A DNA stretch of 19,413 bases. Origin: Octopus sinensis (Eukaryota). This document shows, in pieces, positions 10,396 through 19,413 of this stretch. The first letter of the stretch is position 1, and each line of letters starts with the position of its first letter. A program made the position numbers and the translations under genes. Where the stretch lies: contig NW_021824300.1 of NCBI RefSeq assembly GCF_006345805.1, forward strand, positions 1 to 19,413, read 5' to 3'. The notes under the pieces are model-generated. The model ran no database searches. It saw only the letters and a list, made by a program, of their open reading frames with translations, and was not told the origin of the DNA.

Positions 10396-10810
10396 TATAG
10401 GTGCAGGAATGGCTGTGCGGTAAATAGCTTTGCTTACCAACAACATGGTTCTGGGTTCATCCTCACTGCGTGGCACCTTCGGCAAGTGTCTTCTACTATA
10501 TCCTCGGGCCGACCCAAGCTTTGTGAGTGGATTTCGTAGACGGAAACTGAAAGAAGCTCATCGTATATATGTATATATATATATATGTGTGTGTGTATGT
10601 TTGTGTGTGTGTATTTGTCCCCCAACATTGCTTGACAACCGATGCTGGTGTGTTTACGTCCCCGTAACTTAGCGGTTCGGTGAAAGAGACCAATAGAATA
10701 CGTACTAGGCTTATAAAGAATAAGTCCTTGGGTTGATTTGCTCGACTAAAGGCAGTGCTCCAGCATGGCCGCAGTCAAATATCTGAAACAAGTAAAAGAG
10801 TAAAAGAGTA
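10396..10810 (+). mobile_element. SINE family A, full length
   Basis: Same architecture; tail agtaaaagagtaaaagagta. Confidence 0.93.
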
Positions 10811-10819
10811 TACATTGAA

Positions 10820-10965
10820 AGGGCGTTGAGCTGGCAGAATCATTAGCACGCCAGACAAAATGTTTAGCGGTAGTCCCCCTGGCTCCTTAAGTTCGGAGAT
10901 CAAATACTACCTATGTCAACATTGCTTTTCATCCTTTCAGGGTCAATAAAATAAAGTACCAATCA
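10820..10965 (+). mobile_element. Old family-B-like SINE, 3'-truncated
   Basis: gggcgttgagctggcagaatcattagcacgccagacaaaatgtttagcgg...ttgcttttcatcctttcagggtcaataaaataaagtacca. Confidence 0.75.
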
Positions 10966-11240
10966 AGTAACCCTAAAACTGCTGCTTTTGTGACAAAATT
11001 TATTAAAAGTATTAGATTCACGATGTCTGAAAAACAAACATTCAACATGATAGTCATGGCTAGAACACTTACTATTATAAGCTTCGTACCCCAGATGGCC
11101 ACAGCCTCAAGGCTGAAAGATATAAAAGAGTATCATAGACCACGATACCTAGAGCACTAAGATCTTTTTTTTATATCGCTGGATCTCTTCGTAGTTGTAC
11201 GATAAATTGTAATTGAATAAAATGGCGGAGAGAATGAATA

Positions 11241-11422
11241 TTTTATTTTTTCTTTGCCCACAGGGGACTAGACGTAGAGGGGACAAACAAGGACAAAGGG
11301 ATTAAGTCGATTACATCTGCCCCAGTGCGTGACTGGAACTTAATTTATCGACTCCTAAAGGATGAAAGGCAAATCGACCTCGGCGGAGTTCGAACTCGGA
11401 ACGTAGCGGCAGACGAAATACC
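11241..11422 (-). mobile_element. SINE family B, 5'-truncated; downstream unit of a tandem dimer
   Basis: Aligns to 11424-11605; ends at gaaatacc. Confidence 0.9.
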
Positions 11423-11423
11423 T

Positions 11424-11642
11424 ACTTCTTTACTACTCACAAGGGGCCAAACACAGACAGAACAAACAAGGACAGACACACGGATTAAGTCGATTATATC
11501 GACCCCAGTGCGTAACTGGTACTTAATGTATCGACCCCGAAATGATGAAAGGTAGAATCGACCTCGGCAGAATTTGAACTCAGAACGTAGCGGTAGACGA
11601 AACACCGCTAAGCATTTCGACTGGCGTGCTAACGTTTCTGCT
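11424..11642 (-). mobile_element. SINE family B, near full length; upstream unit of a tandem dimer
   Basis: Contains ttaagtcgattatatcgaccccagtgcgtaactggtacttaat and the head ggcgtgctaacgtttctgc. Confidence 0.92.
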
Positions 11643-12300
11643 ATTGAAAGCTAAGATGTTGCATTCATGCCTTTCCCTAGGAATATCTAGGGGGTCGTTC
11701 GAAATATTTCAATGTCATCTCGACATTATATACAAAAAAAAAAGTGTAGATGGCATTATATGGCTCTTGTAGATAATGTTTTTGTAAAAGGAAATTGAAA
11801 AAGAACATTAAAAACGATAACTATGGTTAGACTGTCTTTGATCTTAGTTCTCTAACATGACAGCTGACCGAAGACTGAAGAATAAATTTTTGAAAAAAAA
11901 AAAAAAACTTTTAACTCTCTTATGTTTCAATTCGGTTTGGCGTTAAAGAGAAATTGGAGGAAATAAATAAACGAATTCTGTAGACAGCAGAATGCTCACT
12001 GAAGTGATAAACGTATCGTTCATTTGCAGTTGTGCTACCAACTCTGTCTAAGATATAGAGATGAATGAGCTTTCCAAAATAAAGTAGACTCTATTTAAAT
12101 TACGAAATACAGACAAACACAGATGAAAACGGTGGAGCTAATCAAAACGAAAAGAATACAAACACAGCATGAAATTAAAAAGCTTTCTCCAAAATTCAGA
12201 AATGAACAAAAAAACTAATTATTTTCATTAAGTGAGCAACGTACGAAAGTGGTAAAAGAGAAATTACTTGAAGAATCATATTATGAAGAATGTACCGATT

Positions 12301-12317
12301 ATCTATCTATCTGTTTA

Positions 12318-12362
<45 letters not shown>

Positions 12363-12529
12363 ATGTATGTATGTATGTATGTATGTATGTATGTATGTAT
12401 GTATGTATGTATGTATGTATGTATGTATGTATGTATGTATGTATGTATGTATGTATGTATGTATGTATGTATGTATGTATGTATGTATGTATGTATGTAT
12501 GTATGTATGTATGTATGTATGTATGTGTG

Positions 12530-12565
<36 letters not shown>

Positions 12566-12567
12566 CA
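12301..12567. repeat. Graded compound microsatellite (ATCT)-(GTCT)-(GTAT)n-(AT)n-(AC)
   Basis: Direct reading; about 40 pure GTAT units. Confidence 0.97.
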
Positions 12568-12825
12568 CACGTTGATAATAGGTAACACACCTTGAAACCT
12601 AGGTCCGTGTGTGGTATCGGCTTCTGGTGAGTGATCTCCCTTTGCAAGATAAAGGACGTCGTGATGGCGTCAGGCCTATCTGGTGACGTTGATGTTCGCC
12701 TGGGGCTAAATGCAACAGTGACACCCCCACCACCCTGCCCTGTCCCTAGCCATATTCGGTTGGCTAATATCCCTTATATTACGGAGCAGTCACTGTCTAT
12801 AACTCATTTAGAGAATTATTATTGC

Positions 12826-12837
12826 TATATATATATA

Positions 12838-12878
<41 letters not shown>

Positions 12879-12985
12879 TGTGTATATGTGTGTGCGTGTA
12901 TGCATGTACATGCATATTTATACATACACACACATACACACACACATATATATATATGTATATATATATGTGTGTGTGCGCGCGT
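12826..12985. repeat. Compound (TA)n/(GT)n/(CA)n microsatellite
   Basis: Direct reading. Confidence 0.93.
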
Positions 12986-13213
12986 GTGTGCTTATGGGCA
13001 TGAATAAATAAATAAACTCCCGAACCAAAAGAAAATACAAAGGCAATAATAATGCGCATTTCAAATGAAAAAGTGGAATCGAAATTCTATAGTGAAAACC
13101 TTTGATTCGCTGGACCTTCAAAAATGGAATATGTTGTATATTGGTTTGGAAGCGGAACAGCTAAAGGCATGACGTTTGATTCAAAGTTTACCTTTGGAAG
13201 TAAACATTATCTT

Positions 13214-13513
13214 ATGGAGGCACATGGCCTAGTGGTTAGAGCAGCGAAGTCGCGGTCGAGAGATCGGGGGTTCGAATCTCAGTCCGGACGATGTGTGTGA
13301 GTGAAACACCTAAGCTCCACGCGGCTCTGGCAGAAGGTAATGGCGAAACTTCTGCTGACTCTTTCGCCACAACTTTCTCTCACTCTTTCCTCCTGCATCT
13401 TGCAGCTCACCTGCGACGGACCGGCATCCCGTCCAGGTGGGGAACCTATATGCCAATAAACCGGGAAACCGGCTCTTATGAGCCAGGCATGGCTCGAGAA
13501 GGAACAAACAACA
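13214..13513 (+). mobile_element. tRNA-derived SINE family C, full length, (AAC)n tail, 12-bp TSD
   Basis: A box tggcctagtgg, B box ggttcgaatc. TSD aaacattatctt at 13202-13213 and 13514-13525. About 90% identical by eye to 16448-16752. Confidence 0.95.
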
Positions 13514-13610
13514 AAACATTATCTTGAGACTCGAAGGCGCAACATTTATCCGAAAGTGTAAACCATAAGTAAATGCACAAATCATTCCAATAAATATCAA
13601 AACTGAAAAT

Positions 13611-13822
13611 TGGTTTAATATTTTGGCACAAGGTCATTATATTCGAGAAAGGGATAAATTGATTGCATCAACAATAATGGTCATCTGGTGCTTATTTTAT
13701 CGACCCCCAAAAAATGAAAGGCAAATCGACCTCGCCAGAGGTTGAATTTAGAATGTAAAGACGAACAAAATGCCGCTAAATGATTGCCTGGAGTGTTAAC
13801 TATTCTGCTAGCTCACTGTCTT
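13611..13822 (-). mobile_element. Old family-B-like SINE
   Basis: cttattttatcgacccccaaaaaatgaaaggcaaatcgacctcgcc...tattctgctagctcactgtctt aligns to family B. Confidence 0.8.
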
Positions 13823-14374
13823 AAATGAAACCTGAATATTAGTTTCAAAGAAAATAGGAAAATAAAACTTCTTGTGTTGACTGCTGGACTTGTAAAGCAA
13901 ATGTAAGTTGACGTAAGTTGATGTGAAAAGTTGTTTTACGTCACTACAATCAAAGTCGCAGAGAAGAACCAAAGATTTTAAAGAAGAAAACAAATGAAAA
14001 TGACTCAGAAAAGATTCGAGTTGAAGTTGATTTCGAGGAAGGAAACTGAAAGACAAATAAATATGCAGAAAGTGGAATACATAGAAAGTTGTAAACCCAT
14101 TAAGAAATGGACAAAAGAAAGGAAATACGAAAATTTAATGCGTACAAAACATTGAGCGAATCTTTCGGTAATAAAAGCTTCAAAAGAAATAAAGGTTTTG
14201 CTCTCAAACATAAGTTACTTGTGAAAGACATTGATGCTGGCAAAGAGTTCATTCATAGCTTAGAAAATTTCTATTGAGGTTTATAACCAAACCAGAAACA
14301 TTTATTTCGGTGATGTATTTGGCAGGTAAGAGTTTTGAAGTATCTAAGTGCACTAGAAATTCATCTATCTTATA

Positions 14375-14611
14375 TTTTTTTTTACTTGTTTCACTCATTT
14401 GACTACGACCATGTTGGGCCACAGTTTTGAAGGGTTTTAGTTGAGAAAAATGACCCCGTAGGACTTATTGTTTCTAAACTCTGATCTCCATCGCTCTCGC
14501 TAATTTACGGGGATGTAAACGCACCAAAGTTAGTTGTCAAAGGGTGGTGAGAGGACAAATACAGACACAAAACACAGACACATAGACATAAACACACAGA
14601 CACACACACAC

Positions 14612-14654
<43 letters not shown>

Positions 14655-14667
14655 TATATATATATAC
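14375..14667 (-). mobile_element. Diverged 3' half of SINE family A plus its (CA)n/(TA)n tract
   Basis: ttacttgtttcactcatttgactacgaccatgttgg...ttacggggatgtaaacgcacc...gttgtcaa...gacaaatacagacaca; the head is absent. Confidence 0.8.
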
Positions 14668-14669
14668 AT

Positions 14670-14882
14670 TCAAAATGTGACCGCGTGTGTACCGTTGGTG
14701 ATTTTTTTCCTCCGTCATCCCTTCTCTGGATCTTTCCTTTTCCTATGTTTCTGACGAAGAGCTCCGCTCGAATCATTAGACCCTCCTTCTTTCCTTCTTT
14801 CCTGAGCGTCCAATAATACTATACATATTCCACGTCCTCGCGTTGTTGTGATTTCTCTTTGTGATTTCATGTTTGGATTAAC
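14670..14882 (+). mobile_element. Penelope-like pseudo-LTR fragment with a degenerate minimal hammerhead motif
   Basis: gttt-CTGACGA-A-GAGC-TCC-GCTC-GAA-TCAT-T-agac at 14747-14781, within a pyrimidine-rich strand. Confidence 0.6.
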
Positions 14883-14884
14883 TA

Positions 14885-14885
<1 letters not shown>

Positions 14886-14967
<82 letters not shown>

Positions 14968-14968
14968 A

Positions 14969-15008
<40 letters not shown>

Positions 15009-15137
15009 CTGATTAACGGTTCCTACCGTTAATCGGCTATATTTACATACCGAATTCTACTAGTAAATAATTGTGGTTTTTTTTTTTAAAACCATTATAG
15101 AATTATTTACTATTATTATTATTATTATTATTATTAT

Positions 15138-15192
<55 letters not shown>
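14886..15192. repeat. (TATC)n-(TA)n (14886-15005) and (ATT)n-(TA)n (15110-15192) microsatellites
   Basis: Direct reading. Confidence 0.95.
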
Positions 15193-15194
<2 letters not shown>

Positions 15195-15497
15195 TTGTTC
15201 TGCCCCATTTGAGGTAAGACATTATTTTTGTCCACTGATATTTTTTCCTATCATGTCTGTAATGGATTTGTGACTATTCCGTGGTACAGAAGTATTTTCT
15301 TACTTCTGTCATTAGCAATATAGGTACTCATGTAGTAACCTTGTGTATATATGTACATATATAATATTGTATGTATATATTTTATTATTTGATATATATA
15401 TATATACGAGTAGTAATACCCATCGTTGATCGGGTAATTAAATTAACTGTTTCTCGGTAGCCCCATTCAAAGTATTACTATATATATAATTTATTCC

Positions 15498-15636
15498 TCC
15501 TGTGTGTATTTTTCTAAGAGAAAAATATGTAGTAATTGAAGTAGAAAAAATCAATTTCATACATGAACTTCCTGTGTGGGTGTATATTATAAGAGAAAAG
15601 CATGTAATAATTGAAGTATAAAAAGATCGATTTCAT
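15498..15636. repeat. Degenerate tandem duplication, ~72-76-bp period
   Basis: tcctgtgt...taagagaaaaatatgtagtaattgaagtagaaaaaatcaatttcat versus tcctgtgt...taagagaaaagcatgtaataattgaagtataaaaagatcgatttcat. Confidence 0.8.
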
Positions 15637-16219
15637 TCTTGTATGTAATGATAGTAAGGGTATATTAAGTTATCGAAGTATTCATGCTGTATTAAGAATG
15701 AATATTTCTTTATAAACAATGTTTTTCGTTTTATTTCGGAGTACATAAGCAAAATGATTTGCGTTCGACCCCACGCATGATGCGCCTACATGAAGTTGGT
15801 CATGTGAAAACATGGTTCTTAAAAACATGTAATAGTTGAAGGAGAATTGAACGATTCAGTTTTGACATGAATGAAGGTAGAAAAATAGATATATCGTAGA
15901 GAAGAATGGCTTTACGGAATGTAGGTGACTAACACTGAAAAGGCGACAGGTGAAGTAGAACACCCGTTTGTCGTGGGTTTTTTTTTTTTGACATTTGAAC
16001 AGATCGTATGGCCAAAGAGAATTGAAAGATTCAGTTTCGAATATGAACCAGGGTGAGACTACCCCTACAGATTTAAATTTACTCCTCCTGTATGTGTGTA
16101 ATTTATACGACAAAATGTATGGAAATCACTAGTTATTTGTTCTAAAGTTTCGTGATGGAGGAAAGATCCTTCATGGCGTATACAAATTCTGTCAAGAAAG
16201 AACTATCTAAGTATCGCAG

Positions 16220-17700
16220 AAATTAAATTAGTTTAGGATGTATTAGACATATCAGACGATAGAATGAGGAAAACATTTTAAAAATAACAGTCAGAATGTC
16301 GATTAGTGGAGATGAAATTCTCAACATGTTTCTCGAAGGAGTGGAACTACTTTGTAAGCAACAAACAAAACCCTTATCGGAAAAAATCATATCAAATGAA
16401 AAGTGCCTCGTAGCTTGAACCAACCCATCCAACATGCAATTGTACAAGTAGAGGCACATAGCCTAGTGGTTAGAGCAGCGGACACGCGGTCGAGGGATCG
16501 CGGGTTCGAATCTCAGACCGGGTGATGTGTGTTTATGAGCGAAAGCACCTAAGCTCCTCGCGGCTCCGGCAGAAGGTAATGGCGAACTTCTGCTGACTCT
16601 TTCACCACAACTTTCTCTCACTCTTTCTTCCTGCATCTTGCAGCTCACTTGCGACGGACCGGCGTCCCGTCCAGGTGGGGAACCTATACGCCAAGAAACC
16701 GGGAAACCGGCCCTTATGAGCCAGGCATGGCTCGAGTAGGAACAAACAACAACAATTGTACAAAGAAAGCATGAAGGTGTAAATTAAAAAAATAAGATAA
16801 CAATAGATTCATCATTCTTCTGTCTGTCTTGAATATAATATTTATAAAATGTTTAATAATCGCATGAATACTGTCTTATATTTCAATCAAGCAAAGCAAC
16901 AAGTTTGGTTTAGGAATGGTTCTTGAAAAATCAACGACTTACGCGTCATAAAGCAAGTTAACCAGAAATATGGAGAATATTTCGTGTTCTGACTGTATTG
17001 ATTCTGACTAAATCTGTGATAGCATTGAAATTCCAGCTGATGTTGAAGCCGTTATTGATCAGGGAATATACCAAGTTTATATAAAGATTATGAAGAGAAC
17101 CTCTAACCACAGAAAAACATCTATAAAAGTTTACAATAAAAGCGAAGAAAAAATCAATATTGAAAGGGAAGAGAACTAGATATAATATTGCCCAGTCATT
17201 GAAAACTGCGATGGAAGCCATCTTTAAAAAGCTTAACTGGGGGATGAAACACGATTAAAATATAAATGGTGGATTTTTAAGTAATTTACGCTTTGTTGGT
17301 GATATAATCCTTTGAACTGTTGCTCATCAGCTGGAACAAATGTGAATTGAAGTGAAGAGCGAGAGCGGGTTGGCAGAAGTGATAACAATAAATATGAATG
17401 AAGAGCAAAAGTCATAACCAGAAGCTCTGGAACAAGTGCCAAAACGTAATAACAACTGGCAAAAGCTGGTAAATATAATTACCCTGGACACATGGACAGC
17501 TGTTAAAGAGGGGAGTACGGCCATTTTGAGATATTAAATCGACTAATTCGAGGTGAACGCTGTGACACGTTGGAAAATAAGATGGCGCACTTTCTGAAGT
17601 GCAGGGCATTAAAATTGTGAAGAATACCAGAAATTGCGTATTCAAAAGAATTAAGAGCAATTGACTATTATTGAATGGATGGAAAGCGAAGAGGTAACCT
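16220..17700 (+). pseudogene. RTE-clade non-LTR retrotransposon reverse transcriptase remnant, interrupted by a SINE at 16448-16752
   Basis: KVPRSLNQ, a LYK motif at the SINE insertion site, FNQAKQQVWFRNG (EQAGFR-like, 16882), MEAIFKKLNWG (17211), INGGFLSNLRFVGDIIL (NLRFADD-like, 17262-17312), KYNYPGH (YLG-like). Heavily frameshifted; the 5' boundary is approximate. Confidence 0.88.
16448..16752 (+). mobile_element. tRNA-derived SINE family C, full length, (AAC)n tail, 11-bp TSD
   Basis: TSD caattgtacaa at 16437-16447 and 16753-16763; A and B boxes as in the 13214 copy. Confidence 0.95.
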
Positions 17701-17729
17701 AATAAAATGCAGGATTTGTATTTCACACA

Positions 17730-17783
<54 letters not shown>

Positions 17784-17997
17784 TCTCTCTTTTACTCTTT
17801 TACTTGTTTCAGTCATTTGACTGCGTCCATGCTGGAGCACCGCCTTTAATCGAGCAACTCGACTCCGGGTCTTATTCTTTTGTAAGCCCAGTACTTATTC
17901 TATCGGTCTCTTTGCCGAACCGCTAGGTAACGGGGACATAAACACAGCAGCATCGGCTGTCAAGCGATGTTGGGAGGGGACAAACACAGACACATAG

Positions 17998-18044
<47 letters not shown>

Positions 18045-18223
18045 TATATATATACATATATGCGACGGGCTTCTTTCAGTTTCCGTCTACCAAATCCATT
18101 CACAAGGCTTTGGTCGGCCCGAGGCTATAGTAGAAGACACTTGCCCAAGGTTCCACGCAGTGGGACTGAACCCGGAACCATGTGGTTGGTAAACAAGCTA
18201 CTTACCACACAGCCACTCCTGCG

Positions 18224-18229
<6 letters not shown>
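17784..18229 (-). mobile_element. SINE family A, full length, flanked by (CA)n(TA)n and (TA)n
   Basis: Reverse complement begins tataggcgcaggagtggctgtgtggtaagtagcttg; tail tctcttttactcttttacttg. Confidence 0.94.
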
Positions 18230-18276
<47 letters not shown>

Positions 18277-18296
18277 TATATACATATATACATATA

Positions 18297-18333
<37 letters not shown>

Positions 18334-18361
18334 CGTGTGTGTTTATGTGCGTGTGTGTGTG

Positions 18362-18729
18362 TATAAGCGCAGGCGTGGCTGTACGGTAAGAAGCTTGCTC
18401 CCCAAGCACTTGTTTGGGTAAGTGTCTTATACAGGCCTCGTGCTGACAAAACCTTCTTAGTGCATTTGGTAGATGGAAATTGTAAGAAACCCATTGTACA
18501 CACACGTGTGTATGTTTATCATTGCGTCTGTTTGGTCCCCAACTACACCGCTTAGCAACAGTTGTTGGTGTGTTTACGTCCCCATAACGTTGCGATCCCC
18601 CCAAGGGAGTCTCAGAGTATACGTACCAGGTTTAAAAAAAGATGTACTGATGTCGAGTCATTAAACTAGAAATTCTTTAAAATGGGTCCCCAGCATGGCT
18701 GCAGTGTAATGACTGGAACAAGTAAAAGT
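18362..18729 (+). mobile_element. Older, diverged family-A SINE with a deletion in the head
   Basis: tataagcgcaggcgtggctgtacggtaagaagcttgctc...tgggtaagtgtctt...ggtgtgtttacgtccccataac...cagcatggctgcagtgtaatgactggaacaagtaaaag. Confidence 0.8.
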
Positions 18730-18738
18730 TTAAAAAAT

Positions 18739-19162
18739 TATAGACGCAGGAGTCGCTGTGTGGTAAGTAGCTTGCTTACCAACCACATGGTTCCGGGTTC
18801 AATCCCACTGCATGGCACCTTGGGCAAGTGTCTTCTACTATAGCCTCGGGCTGACCAATGCCTTATGAGTGGATTTGGTAGACGGAAACTGAAAGAAGCC
18901 CATCGTATATATGTATATATATACATATATGTATGCATGTGTATATGTTTGTGTGTCTGTATTTGTCTCCCTAGCATTGCTTGACAACTGATGCTGGTGT
19001 GTTTACGTCCCCGTCACTTAGCGGTTCTGCAAAAGAGCTCGATAGAATAAGTACTAGGCTTACAAAGAATAAGTCCCGGGGTCGATTTGCTCGACTAACG
19101 GCGGTGTTCCAGCATGGCCGCAGTCAAATGACTGAAACTAGTAAAAGAGAGTAAAGAGAGTA
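18739..19162 (+). mobile_element. SINE family A, full length
   Basis: Same architecture; about 12 mismatches over the first ~170 nt against the reverse complement of 17784-18229. Confidence 0.94.
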
Positions 19163-19353
19163 TGTTGGCTGGATTTGGGGTCTAGCCACGAGAAATTTCA
19201 ATCAGCTTCTAAACCCGGGCACAATGATGGAAGCTAACTTCAAATATGTGTATCTGCTACTTTTGACAATTGGGATTCTTTTCTATGATGTTATTTGCCG
19301 TTATATTAACTTCATGTATATTATGTGTGTATTTGTGCGTTTGTGTGTTTGTA

Positions 19354-19413
19354 CGCCGAGGTTGACTCTGCCTTTCATATTTTTCTTGGTTGACAAAATA
19401 AGTTCCGGCTGAG
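19354..19413 (+). mobile_element. Central fragment of a family-B-like SINE, running off the window edge
   Basis: cgccgaggttgactctgcctttcat...ggttgacaaaataagttcc. Confidence 0.6.

Noticed and set aside
13214-13290. tRNA gene calls for the SINE heads (also 16448, 9220, 18739)
   Set aside because: They have A/B boxes but no complete cloverleaf. They continue into repeat bodies with tails and TSDs, so they are SINEs.
13337-13348. Exact match GGTAATGGCGAA to the HDV genomic ribozyme taken as proof of a ribozyme
   Set aside because: Here it falls in the loop of the CAGAAG/CTTCTG stem, not in the position it holds in HDV. I treat it as coincidental, and the finding rests on the other elements.
17412-17840. 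142-aa minus-strand ORF as a separate gene
   Set aside because: It is the antisense frame over the RTE RT remnant, a microsatellite and a SINE tail.
1644-19162. CRISPR-like or regularly spaced repeat system
   Set aside because: The recurrent sequences are dispersed SINE copies in both orientations, with no repeat-spacer periodicity, in a eukaryotic context.
115-19412. Most six-frame ORFs (YIYI, VCVC, HTHT, MYVC, poly-N)
   Set aside because: They are translations of microsatellites and SINEs. Only the mariner, hAT and RTE fragments show protein motifs.

Overview
AT-rich eukaryotic, repeat-dominated non-coding DNA with no intact host gene that I can support. The repeat families and the microsatellite load match what I recall from Octopus (coleoid cephalopod) genomes; this is recognition from memory, not a search. 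The window holds three decayed autonomous-element remnants: a mariner DD34D transposon (3281-~4560), a hAT transposase with an N-terminal BED-like zinc finger (~7660-9175) and an RTE-clade LINE reverse transcriptase (~16220-17700). It also holds about 20 copies or fragments of three tRNA-derived SINE families (my labels A, B, C), two Penelope-like segments with hammerhead-ribozyme core motifs (2738-2781, 14747-14781), and many compound microsatellites. Almost all ORFs in the supplied track are microsatellite or SINE artefacts. The best leads are the two hammerhead-like cores, a partial HDV-ribozyme-like module in SINE family C, a SINE whose target-site duplication appears inverted, shared breakpoints at one SINE hairpin, and an inverted SINE pair that could form dsRNA.
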